DNA from: Utricularia gibba
Lineage: Eukaryota; Plantae; Magnoliophyta
Assembly (NCBI GenBank): GCA_002189035.1
Contig: CM007991.1
Coordinates: forward strand, 4,650,001 to 4,714,000
Direction of reading: 5' to 3'
DNA length: 64,000 nt
The translations under genes and the position numbers were made by a program. Below, one piece after another: positions 1 to 10,700 of the stretch. The first letter of the stretch is position 1. The number at the start of each line of letters is the position of its first letter. Below the pieces are notes generated by a model. That model saw only the letters and a list, made by a program, of their open reading frames with translations. It was not told the DNA's origin and searched no databases.

Positions 1-356
1 CACAACATGCATGAAAATGACTAAAGGTCCTGAAATAGTACATCTCTAGAGTATTTATACTCTAGAATTGGGCTCTAACATTACATAGCCCAAACTAAAT
101 AAAATAGAAAAGTCTAACAAGCCCAATGGTCTAAGTTAAGTCCATCTTCAAGTAGTTGAGCTCTTTTGATGGGATGTCTTCAAGCCCATGTTTGATTCCA
201 ATGGTATTGAGTAGACCCTTAAGTGTATCTTCAACCATCTTTGTCTTGTTCCTAGTCATTGGTCCTGGTGGAATCATCTTTCTTTCTAATTTGTTCACTT
301 GAACAAACTCCTCATCATTCTTCAAATATACTTCATTATCTTCCTGGGGCTTATCA
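1..356 (-). repeat. CRM copy 1 3' LTR (partial)
   Basis: Near-identical to 6007-6362; ends TATCA (CATCA variant) next to the PPT. Confidence 0.93.
131..325 (-). pseudogene. Integrase C-terminal CR motif / putative targeting domain, out of frame with pol
   Basis: [22 protein letters not shown]; the same peptide is in frame with integrase in copy 2 (ORF 61204-62403). Confidence 0.85.
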
Positions 357-2955
357 TCCCCCTTTCTTTAGGAAGATTCGTCCCTGAATCTGTATCCATG
401 TCGAAAAGAGACAAATCAGCAACATTAAAAGTTGAATGAACAGAATACTCACCTGGTAAATCTAGCTTGTACGCATTATCATTAACGCGCTCAACAACTT
501 GGAAAGGGCCATCTCCACGAGGTAGAAGTTTGGACTTTCTCTTTGTGGGAAATCTCTCCTTCCTAAGATGAAGCCAAACCCAATCTCCAGGTTCAAATAC
601 AACTTTGCGTCTCCCCTTGTTTGCTGCTGATGCATACTTTGCATTGTTGCATTCAATCTGTTGTTTCACCTTTTCATGCAATCTTCTGATTGCATCAGCT
701 CTCTTCTTGCCATCTAAACTAACTTTCTCATCACAAGGCAAAGGTAACATATCCAAAGGTGTAAGAGGATTAAAACCATAAACGACTTCAAATGGAGATA
801 ATTTAGTAGTCAGATGCATGGTTCTATTGTAAGCAAACTCAACAAGTGGCAAACATTCCTCCCAAGTCTTAAGATTTGATTTAATCATAATCCTAAGTAA
901 GGTAGAAAGTGTGCGATTAGTTACCTCAGTTTGCCCATCGGTTTGAGGGTGACATGTTGTTGAGTATAACAGCTTAGTGCCAAGTTTACTCCAAAGAACT
1001 CTCCAAAAGTGACTAAGAAACCTTGCATCTCGATCAGAGACAATAGTTAGGGGCATTCCATGAAGTCTAACAACTTCCCTAAAGAAGAGATCAGCCACAT
1101 GAGATGCATCATCAGTTTTATGGCAGGGAATAAAATGTGCCATCTTTGAAAACCTGTCCACAACAACGAAAATTGAATCTCTACCCCTTTGGGTACGAGG
1201 TAAGCCTAAAACAAAGTCCATAGAAATGTCCACCCATGGTTGGGAAGGAGTAGGGAGTGGAGTATACAAACCATTAGGGGCAGTGGTTGATTTAGTCTTC
1301 CTACAAGAGATACATCTAGAACAAATTCTTTCAACATCCCTTCTCATGTGTGGCCAAAAGAAATGTTGGGTGAGAGTATCAAGAGTCTTTTTAACACCAA
1401 AATGTCCCATTAGTCCCCCACCATGAGCTTCTCTAACAATCAAATCACGTATGGAGCAAGAAGGAATGCACAGCCTATCTTTCCCATAAAGAAAACCATC
1501 TTTCCTGAAGAATAGTCCAGATGGAGCAAGTTCACATGCCTTATAAATATCCCCAAAATCGTGATCATGAACATATAAGTCAATGATGGAAGCAAATCCA
1601 AGAATTCTTGCATCAAGATTGACTAAGAGAGTGTACCTTCGAGATAAAGCATCAGCAACCACATTCTCCTTACCTTTCTTGTATTTGATCACATATGGGA
1701 ATGTGTCAATGAATTCCACCCACTTAGCATGTCTTCTATTCAGCTTTACTTGAGCCTTCAAATGTTTGAGAGACTCATGATCAGTGTGTATCACGAACTC
1801 CTTAGGCCATAAGTAGTGCTGCCATGTCTCCAAAGCTCTAACCAACGCATACAACTCTTTGTCATATGTTGGATAGTTGAGGGTGGCACCATGAAGCTTC
1901 TCACTAAAATAAGCAAGTGGACGTCCCTTTTGCATCAACACAGCACCAATCCCTAAACCTGATGCATCACATTCAATTTCAAAAGTATCAGAAAAATTTG
2001 GAAGTGCTAGGAGAGGTGTTGAGCAAAGCTTATTCTTGAGTTGTTTGAAAGCATGTTCCTGCTCATCTCCCCAATGAAATGCATGATTTTTCTTGATCAA
2101 CTGGGTGAGGGGTGCTGCTATAGAACTGAAGTCTCTAACAAACCGTCTATAGAAACTTGCTAAACCATGAAAACTCCTAACTTCACCCACTGATGTAGGT
2201 GTTGGCCATTCTTTGATTGCTCTTACCTTCTCTTCATCCACAGCTACTCCTGCATTACTTACAACATATCCAAGAAAAGAGACACTATTTGTGCAAAAGA
2301 CACACTTCTTGATATTAGCAAACAACTTCTCTTTTCTAAGAGTATCTAACACATCTTTCAAATGCCCAACATGTTCCTCAATACTTTTACTATAGATCAG
2401 AATATCATCAAAATAAACAACAACAAATCTACCTATAAAAAGCCTAAGAACGTGATTCATCAATCTCATAAAGGTGCTAGGAGCATTGGATAACCCAAAA
2501 GGCATAACAACCCACTCATACAAACCAAACTTAGTTTTAAAAGAAGTTTTCCACTCATCACCTTCCTTCATTCTAATCTGATGATATCCACTTCTCAAAT
2601 CAATCTTACTAAAAACACAAGCACCATGCAACTCATCAAGCATATCTTCAAGTCTAGGGATAGGATGTCTATACTTGATTGTGATGTTGTTGATGGCGCG
2701 ACAATCAGTGCACATCCGCCAAGTTCCATCAGACTTTGGAACCAATAACACCGGCACCGAGCAAGGACTCATGCTCTCACGCACAAATCCTTTAGACACC
2801 AATTCCTCAACTTGTTTTTGTATTTCCTTCGTCTCCTCTGGATTGGCGCGGTATGCTGGTCGGTTTGGGAGTTGTGCTCCAGGGACAAGGTCAATTTGAT
2901 GCTCAATCCCTCTAAGGGGAGGTAAGCCTTGAAGTTCGTCTGGAAAAACATCTTC
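322..2955 (-). CDS. pol: Pol: reverse transcriptase, RNase H, integrase
   Basis: 826-aa ORF with [36 protein letters not shown] motif. The frame stays open upstream to [14 protein letters not shown] at ~2955. Confidence 0.92.
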   Translation of the reverse strand, partial: EDVFPDELQGLPPLRGIEHQIDLVPGAQLPNRPAYRANPEETKEIQKQVEELVSKGFVRESMSPCSVPVLLVPKSDGTWRMCTDCRAINNITIKYRHPIPRLEDMLDELHGACVFSKIDLRSGYHQIRMKEGDEWKTSFKTKFGLYEWVVMPFGLSNAPSTFMRLMNHVLRLFIGRFVVVYFDDILIYSKSIEEHVGHLKDVLDTLRKEKLFANIKKCVFCTNSVSFLGYVVSNAGVAVDEEKVRAIKEWPTPTSVGEVRSFHGLASFYRRFVRDFSSIAAPLTQLIKKNHAFHWGDEQEHAFKQLKNKLCSTPLLALPNFSDTFEIECDASGLGIGAVLMQKGRPLAYFSEKLHGATLNYPTYDKELYALVRALETWQHYLWPKEFVIHTDHESLKHLKAQVKLNRRHAKWVEFIDTFPYVIKYKKGKENVVADALSRRYTLLVNLDARILGFASIIDLYVHDHDFGDIYKACELAPSGLFFRKDGFLYGKDRLCIPSCSIRDLIVREAHGGGLMGHFGVKKTLDTLTQHFFWPHMRRDVERICSRCISCRKTKSTTAPNGLYTPLPTPSQPWVDISMDFVLGLPRTQRGRDSIFVVVDRFSKMAHFIPCHKTDDASHVADLFFREVVRLHGMPLTIVSDRDARFLSHFWRVLWSKLGTKLLYSTTCHPQTDGQTEVTNRTLSTLLRIMIKSNLKTWEECLPLVEFAYNRTMHLTTKLSPFEVVYGFNPLTPLDMLPLPCDEKVSLDGKKRADAIRRLHEKVKQQIECNNAKYASAANKGRRKVVFEPGDWVWLHLRKERFPTKRKSKLLPRGDGPFQVVERVNDNAYKLDLPGEYSVHSTFNVADLSLFDMDTDSGTNLPKERGMISPRKIMKYI
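357..369 (-). promoter_or_regulatory. Polypurine tract of CRM copy 1
   Basis: TCCCCCTTTCTTT directly abutting the LTR end. Confidence 0.9.
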
Positions 2956-4927
2956 ATATACTTGGCCTTGCTAATAGACTCTCATTCTTTCTCTCAATTT
3001 CGAAAACTCTCATGTTTCCACTCTCTGTTTTGTGCTCATTTTCATCCTTTTTTCCACTTAATTCCTTGCCATCTCTTCTTTTTTCTCCACTTTTTCGCAT
3101 CTTTTTTTCACTCATTTTCACTCCACTCATATCTTCTCCCTTAGGAACGACCACCTTGTACTTTCCATTATCAGTATGAAGGGCTCTAGCATCACTCAGA
3201 ATTCTGACTTGATCTTCATGTGCCTCCTTTGGAGATAATGGAGCAAGTGTGATGGAGCGTCCATTATAATTGAAGGAATATTTGTTCTTGAAACCATCAT
3301 GAAATGCTCTTCTATCATATTCCCAAGGTCTCCCAAGAAGAATATGGCTTGCATGCATAGGAACAACATCACATAGGACTTTATCTTCATATCTCCCTAT
3401 GGAAAACGTCACAAGCACTTGTTTGGTAACCTTTACCTCACTTCCTTCATTGAACCACTGCAGATTGTAAGGCTTAGGATGCCTCACGGTGGGTAGTCCC
3501 AATTTCTCCACCAAGATGTTGCTAGCAACATTGGTGCAACTACCTCTATCAATAATCAGGCTGCAAACTTTCCTATAAACAAAGCATCGGGTTTGAAACA
3601 AGTTCTCCCTTTGCTCATCATTATCCTTCACCCCAATGTTAAGCGTCCTTTGAGTGACTAATACTTCTCCAGAAACAGGCAATTCATCCTCATCACTCAC
3701 TTCAGCTTCTGTCTCCACTAGATCATCATCATCTTCACTAACAACTTCGCCATTGCCCCTAATCACCATTGCTCGTTTATTTGGGCATTCAGAAGCAATA
3801 TGTCCAAGTCCCAAGCATTTGAAACATTTTATGTTTCTGGTAGTTCCCTTTGGAGGTGTTGTTCGCTCCCCTTGCTTGGAACTTGATTGGATGTCGAATT
3901 TGAAGTGTTCCATGGATGACTTCCCTTTATTTCTCTCCATCATCTCATTGGTGCCCCCAAATTTCGAACCAGAAGTCCTCTTGTTGAAATCTCTTGCGAA
4001 ACTCTTGCTAGATAGTTGTTTCTCAACTTTTGTGGCCATATGAATCATGTCCTCCATCTCAATGTAGTGATGAAGCTCCACAATATTTGCAATCTCCTTA
4101 TTCATCCCATGAAGAAACCTAGCCATAGTTGCTTCTCTATCTTCCTGAACATGAGCTCTAATCATTAAAATCTCCATTTCCTGCCAATATTCCTCCACTG
4201 GCCTTGAGCCCTGCTTGAGATTTTGCAAACGTTGATAAACATCTCTTTGGTAATGGTTTGGAACAAACCGCCTCCTCATAACTCTTTTCATCTCAACCCA
4301 AGTGTGAATTGGTTCTTCAGAGTCAATCCTTCTTTTAGCCACCAATTGATCCCACCAAATGATAGCATACTCACTAAATTCCATGGAGGCCAATCTGATT
4401 TTCTTTTCGTCAGAGAAGGTGTTGCAATCAAAGACATGTTCTACTCTTGTTTCCCATTGGAGATATGCATCTGGATCATTCTTTCCTTGAAATTGAGGTA
4501 TCTTCATCTTGATATTGTTAACATCCTTTCCAATTCTTCCTCCGTCTCTTCTACCTCCCTGATCTCGAAATCTTCTTGTATCCTCATGCACAAAATCATT
4601 TTCACTATGTTCAATGTAGTCATCTTCTTCATCAGTATTCAGGGTTCGATCTCTTCTTCCAACAGTCCTTGCACTTCGTTGATCACTTAAGTCATGTTCA
4701 GTGTTGATGCGTTGATGCAATTGACTACCTCGACCCCTTCCAGCAGCATAATTATCTTGTCTTCGTGCTCTTGCAACATTTTGCAAAGAATTTTCGTGTT
4801 CATCAAGCCTGACATTTATGTTTTCCAGAATGCGATGCAATCTAGTGAACTCCTGTTGCATAGCTTTCAAAGTGAACCTCCCATCCGGTGAGTCATCCTT
4901 TTCATGCTCACTTCTGGAATTTGACAT
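2954..4927 (-). CDS. gag: Gag-protease (CCHC knuckle, aspartic protease)
   Basis: ATG at 4927 (MSNSRSEHE); [14 protein letters not shown]; [13 protein letters not shown] (variant of DSGS); stops at ARPSI* out of frame with pol. Confidence 0.9.
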   Translation of the reverse strand: MSNSRSEHEKDDSPDGRFTLKAMQQEFTRLHRILENINVRLDEHENSLQNVARARRQDNYAAGRGRGSQLHQRINTEHDLSDQRSARTVGRRDRTLNTDEEDDYIEHSENDFVHEDTRRFRDQGGRRDGGRIGKDVNNIKMKIPQFQGKNDPDAYLQWETRVEHVFDCNTFSDEKKIRLASMEFSEYAIIWWDQLVAKRRIDSEEPIHTWVEMKRVMRRRFVPNHYQRDVYQRLQNLKQGSRPVEEYWQEMEILMIRAHVQEDREATMARFLHGMNKEIANIVELHHYIEMEDMIHMATKVEKQLSSKSFARDFNKRTSGSKFGGTNEMMERNKGKSSMEHFKFDIQSSSKQGERTTPPKGTTRNIKCFKCLGLGHIASECPNKRAMVIRGNGEVVSEDDDDLVETEAEVSDEDELPVSGEVLVTQRTLNIGVKDNDEQRENLFQTRCFVYRKVCSLIIDRGSCTNVASNILVEKLGLPTVRHPKPYNLQWFNEGSEVKVTKQVLVTFSIGRYEDKVLCDVVPMHASHILLGRPWEYDRRAFHDGFKNKYSFNYNGRSITLAPLSPKEAHEDQVRILSDARALHTDNGKYKVVVPKGEDMSGVKMSEKKMRKSGEKRRDGKELSGKKDENEHKTESGNMRVFEIERKNESLLARPSI

Positions 4928-5744
4928 CCTAAATACTGGACAAAAGAAAACGAGCAGCAAGGAAGAAAAGAGACTAAACTAAAAAGAACAAAGAAACACA
5001 CACAAGATTTACCACTCAATACTCAAGCTTCAAGTCCTTGATGCACTCTTTAATGTCATCATGCTTGTTCTCATGGCATCTAACGAATTAATCACTTCCA
5101 GATTGGTATTGATTATAGTGTAATGATGGAGTTAGGTGAGGGTGGCAGTATTAATAGTCTCAAGATGGAGACAAAGGGAAGTGTTTAAATTAAATTGGTT
5201 GCTTGTTGGAATAGATAAATAGGAAGGATGGACAACAAGGTAAGAACAGATGAAATCAGAGAATAGAGCACTACCCACGAAATGTGTTGCTTGCTAAACT
5301 ATAGAAATACAGGAATGGGCAATCAACAAAGAGAATAGTCAAATGGAAAGGTGGGGACACGTGAATGACAGGGGATGGGAATTGAAGATAAGAAAAACAA
5401 TAATAAAGTGGTTGGTTGGTGGAATGGGAAAAGTAGAGAGGTGGCCCACAATTTAAACATACATAATAATGGATGATAGTGATGGGTAATGGATGTTCAT
5501 CTTCACACTCCTTATCCTCTTACACACTTGAAAATGATATTCAATGTGTTCTTGCTATTCAATTGACACTCAATTTCGAGTTCTTCTTCAATCAACTTCC
5601 TGTGAACCCCCTTTTTTTTTGTGCTAAAGCCAAAAGTAATAAGGACTTGGCTTGAACGTTTTTTTTTTTTTTTTTTTTTTTGAATAGGCAGGAATGGAAG
5701 AACTCAAACAAGAACTGGATAATAATAAGGATAAGGAACCCAAA

Positions 5745-5756
5745 GCTCTGATACCA
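5745..5756 (-). promoter_or_regulatory. Primer binding site, tRNA-iMet
   Basis: Minus strand TGGTATCAGAGC, 2 nt from the LTR. Confidence 0.95.
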
Positions 5757-5758
5757 AA

Positions 5759-6362
5759 TGATGTGACCCTCTAATCTATAGAGATTAGCAACCCACAAAA
5801 AAGAGGTGATTTTGAAGCTTAGAAGAGAACCCACCCAAGTCTACCCTCAAGAGAATAAATCTCTTGCAACCAGACTTCGAAACAAAGAAAATTAGGAGCC
5901 ACACTTCAGAAAAGAGAGATTGATTGGAAGTGATAATCCTAGAACGCCACAAGCTCAAAGCTTGATAAGTTAAGAGTGTTCAAGCACTCAAAGGAGAGGG
6001 GAATCCTCACAAGATACATAAAATGACCAAAGATCCTGAAATAGTACATCTCTAGAGTATTTATACTCTAGAATTGGGCTCTAACATTACATAGCCCAAA
6101 CTAAATAAAATAGAAAAGTCTAACAAGCCCAATGCTCTAAGTTAAGTCCATCTTCAAGTAGTTGAGCTCTTTTGATGGGATGTCTTCAAGCCCATGTTTG
6201 ATTCCAATGGTATTGAGTAGACCCTTAAGTGTATCTTCAACCATCTTTGTCTTGCTCCTAGTCATTGGTCCTGGTGAAATCATCTTTCTTTCTAATTTGT
6301 TCACTTGAACAAACTACTCATCATTCTTCAAATATACTTCATTATCTTCCTGGGGCTCATCA
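5759..6362 (-). repeat. CRM copy 1 5' LTR (604 bp)
   Basis: TGATG...CATCA termini; TATAAA-like motif on the minus strand near 6060. Confidence 0.95.
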
Positions 6363-6364
6363 AC

Positions 6365-6825
6365 AAGTTTTGTCTTTCCATAGTTCACCTTGAACCCTGA
6401 AACATGATATAAACACTACAGCATCATTGTGATATTAGTGAGATTATTAGCATCCCAATCAGCACAGAAAAGAGTATTGTTTGCGTATTGGAAATTTAAA
6501 ATATCACACCTTCCTTTCTCACACCCACCCCCACTCCCTATAACATGCCTACACTCACCGCCCTACATTCCAGTTTGAATGAGGGTGTGTGTGCTCAAGC
6601 TGTTCACTAAAAACATGGCAGACGTCGTGGTGATGCACTATCGAATCCATCTGGTTTATTTTCAGCTAAACCCCTTTGTTGCCAACATCTTCAACAAGAA
6701 ATCCCAATTAACATTATCATATACTTCCTCAAAAGCTATTTGTAATAGGGCCTTTTTCTTCTTTTTCCTCGTTGCATCACTAACAATCTCGTTTGCAACT
6801 AATACACTATCCAAGATTAACCTCC
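6365..6825 (-). pseudogene. LINE L1 reverse transcriptase remnant, host site of the CRM insertion
   Basis: Minus frames read GRLILDSVLVANEIV..KKKKALLQIAFEEVYDNVNWDFLLKML and ILNFQYANNTLF..VSGFKVNYGK (decayed YADD), with stops. Confidence 0.8.
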
Positions 6826-9300
6826 CTTGCATCTATTTTTTACATCTATTTGCTTTAACTCTAATTGCATCTGAGCAACTAACTCAAGTACAGCTCTATT
6901 GCTTGACAGTTTTGCAACAAGTGAGAATACTTCCTGATAATCGATACCCACTTTTTGGCTGAAGCCTTTCATAACTATATGTGCCTTATATCTAGCTAAG
7001 CCATCAAGATGTATTTTCAACATAAAAATCCATTTGTTTTCCAAAGTAGTTCTGCTAGAAGGGAATTGTGTTAGCTCATAGGTTCCATTCTTCCACAAGA
7101 ATTTTATCTCTTCCTTCATTGCTTTCAACCGTAGCTCTTGATCAGCAAACTCATGAACTGATAACACATGCTATTCAGTGTCTTAGGACTATAAAATGAC
7201 TAATATTATATCATTCAACTGGTGTTTTATTAGGTATTTTTGTATTTTCATGATTCAGAGCATTGTTTAAATTTTTTAATCCAAATTGAGAGTAAATCTT
7301 GGATTTAGTCCCAATCTTTGTTTTGATTACTTTCTTTGAGCAATATAGTACGTTTTGAACAACCCAAATTCCAATGAGTCGAAAGTGTACAGTGGAGATG
7401 GCAAAGAAATGGGGAAAAAAACTTAAAATTCAAGACACCAAATCCCAAGGTGGATGAAATGTGGATTTTAGGAATAATGAAGGAAAAGAAAATATCTCCA
7501 CATGAGAGAACATGCAAACAATGGTGAAGGAGATGGGGGTGGGGGGAAGAAGAAACTAGGAGAATGAACAAGATGAAACGAATGATCAAAGCTTACCTCT
7601 AAACTTTCTTTTATTTATCAGAAATACTACTCCTAGTCAGAAGTATTTTTTGCTTTGCATCAAACTATTTATGATTTCTATTTCTATTTATGTGTGCTTT
7701 CTTGTTTTTGAACTCTGAAACAAGAATGATGCTTATGATATATTATGAACGTGTTTATTTTCTCTCTAATAGAGAGAGTTATTATTTTCTTAACAAACCA
7801 GAATATATCTAATAGAGAGAGTTAATGATGTTCATCATAAACAATCTTAATTAGAGGTAGTTCAAAGCTTATGGGAAAACAAAGATTTAGGTAGACTTGA
7901 ACCTTTATTTGTTAGTTGAATGATTTGCGGTTTGGATAGAATTATTTTAGTAATAAGCATGTTGTCCCTTGAAATCCCAAGGCATCATCTTGTTTCATTT
8001 TAGACAAAGATCTGATTTCACCTATTTATTGTTTTATTGCTTCTTATTATCGAACAACTTAGTTTTCGCTTAGACTTAATCTCTTAACCTAGATACAAAC
8101 TGAATGCATTGACTTCCACATAGTAAACACATAGCTCCTTGTGTTCGACCTTAATCCACTATATTCATATTTTTATATGATTGAATGTAAATTAGACCTA
8201 TAAATTTTATTTGATTGGAGAATTTTCATTTTAATGACGTTGAAATCTTTTGTTTATCATGACCTTACCGATTGACTCAGGTTCCTCTTCCTCTATAACC
8301 AAGATGAATTCATCAAGTGCATATCGACTTTAGGGACTACTCTCCTTCTGGTTCTTCTCAATTGTTGAGGTATCTCAACAACAAGTGTCTCTGATGTCTT
8401 CCTGGTGCTAATACCTTAGAAGTATCCTCAGAGCCATGCCTTTTCCCCATATCCCAAGAACATGCCTTTTTAGTGATCATCAAATTTTTTTCCCCTACCC
8501 ACCTAGAATTAGAACTATCACTTTACATTCGAATACACATAATTGTGCAAGGCTTACCTTGTCGTCAGACCAGTGTTCTTCAAGGATACCAAACTCTAGA
8601 GCCCTCTTGGGACTTCTATTACATAAATAGCATGCTGTTTTAATGGTTTCTCCCCAAAGCTGGCTGGATATACCAGAGCTCTTCAACACACATCTAACCT
8701 TATCAAACAAGGTTTGATTGAAGCATTTTGTGATGGGATTATGTTGTGGTGTTTTAGGCTCAATAGCAACCTTTTTTATGCCAAGATCTAGAAAATACTT
8801 CTTGTATTCCTCACTTCAGAATTCCCTCCATTGTCTATCCATAGACACATTAGTTTATCCTCTATTTCTCATTCCACCATTCGATGAAATATTTTGAAGC
8901 ATGGAAACACCTTAAACTTGGGGTTAAAATTTACCCATGACTTACATGTGACACTATTCACAAAGGTCAAGTAATGCTTTAACCCTATATTTAGAGATCC
9001 GTCAATGAAAATCACACCCAGCCTCTTCACACAATGTGCTCGAAGACCATTCTATGTTGCTTATCGTAAATCAAACTTTCATAAACTGATGAGGCCTTGC
9101 CTGGGGTTATCATCCCTCGGCTCGCTAACTTCTGCATACCACTATTTGAGAGATGTCCCATCAGCTTGTCCCAAAGGTCATAGGTGCAATCATTGAACGT
9201 TGTTGCTATTACTTCATTACCTTCAAGCCATGACTCCTCTTGCAACAACCATGGAGCCTTTTATTAATTTCCAAGTTTGAGATCCAAAGTTGTGTCCAGA
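6826..9300 (-). mobile_element. Decayed Ty1/copia pol remnant (GAG-pre-integrase, integrase, RT start), split by a solo LTR
   Basis: LWDKLMGHLS, LWGETIKTACYLCNRSP, EEEEPES, KAMKEEIKFLWKNGTYEL, YKAHIVMKGFSQKVGIDY. Confidence 0.8.
7159..8259 (+). repeat. Solo LTR, Athila-like (1101 bp)
   Basis: TGATAA...TTATCA termini; flanks TGAAC/TGACC (4 of 5 TSD match); copia coding sequence resumes on both sides. Confidence 0.8.
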
Positions 9301-9479
9301 TCGGTTCCTATCAAGCTCCCCAATAGATAATAGATTTACTTTGAGGGTTGGTAGATGATGCGCTCCCGTGAGCTGTAATTCGGTGCCCATGTTTTTCATG
9401 ACTCAATGATCACCGATACCTACAATCTCCAAACTTGGCTGATTGCCCATTTGCATAGTGTTGTGACAAGGCTGGTAGC

Positions 9480-10700
9480 TGAGCATTTTCTAGGGCTTAT
9501 TTAATTGCAACACCCTCAAAGCATTTTCTCTGTGGGCTCCTCTCAAGACCTTCATGGCGTCATCTTCCAAAACCTTCATGCATCCTCTATTGATGGCCAT
9601 TTTGGAATAAAAACCGCATACCACCAGCAAAACCGTTTTTCTACTAGCCATAAATGGAGGACTTAACTATCTGGTGGCATCATGCAACACTTGCAAGAAA
9701 ATTTGTAATGATTCCTTTGCCTCTCAAGGGATGTTACAACCTCTACTAGTATCTACACACAAGTGGGATATTATTAGTATGGATTTCATAGATGGGCTCC
9801 TACTTTCTTTTTCAATATATTCCATCCTCCTTAGTTGATTGCCTCACAAAAGTATGCACATCTCTGCCCACTAACACATCTTAAACAGATTCCATAGTTG
9901 CCACTGATTTTATTGCCAATGTCTATAAACTCCATGGCCTCCCCTCCTCTATTATCTCTGATTGGGACAACATGTTGACCAGTAATTTTTGAAAAGAGCT
10001 CTTCACCTCCATTGATGCACACCTCAAAATATGGGATGCGTTTTAACCACCCTCATAAATGGAGCTCTTGGCTGCTCTTTGCGAAGTACTAGTACAACTC
10101 CTCCTGCCACTCCAACCTCAAGATCTGTTCCTTTGAAGCGTTATACGGTTACTCTCCCTCCTATTCAATCTCTCATTTTGATGCTGCAATTTTCTCGCAA
10201 GAAGAACAAGCCCTTATCTACATCTTCCAACACAATTTATTGATAGCTAGTGAATGTGAGAAACATGTCTCTGATTTGCATTGCAATGAACACACCTTTG
10301 AGGTTGAGGATCTTGCTTATTTAAAGATGCAACCTTTCCTGCCTTCCTCCCTCTCTATCAAATGGAAACTGAAGTTGATGACCCGCTATTTTGAGGCATA
10401 TTTGATACTTCAAAAGATTGGAGTCTTATAAATTGGAGTAGCCCCCCTCTTGCAAATTACATCGGTTACATGTTTCCTTACTCAAAAAATGCATTGGCAA
10501 GAAATTTATACCTTCACCTTATCTTCCCCACTTTCATGCGGATGGTGCCTTGCAGCCTCAACCACTCCAAGTGCTCAAGCAGTGATTACTTCCACATCAT
10601 AACTCCCAATTTACCCAATGCCTCATTTGGTGGAAGGACACCTCGCCTTTCAATCAGAACAGACTCCACCGAGATGCCTAGAGATTACTCATGCTTAGTG
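9480..10700 (+). pseudogene. Decayed Ty3/gypsy chromovirus integrase with probable chromodomain
   Basis: WDIISMDFIDGL, HGLPSSIISD, FEVEDLAYLKMQPF, HVSLLKK, CLIWWKD across several frames. Confidence 0.7.

Larger units (their letters stand above)
1..6362 (-). mobile_element. Ty3/gypsy chromovirus, CRM (centromeric retrotransposon) clade, copy 1; 3' LTR runs off the left edge; defective
   Basis: TGATG..CATCA LTR, tRNA-Met PBS, PPT, gag-PR and RT-RH-INT ORFs. CRM-type gag ([21 protein letters not shown]) and a GPMTR CR motif encoded in the LTR. Right flank ACAAG is the expected TSD. Confidence 0.93.
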
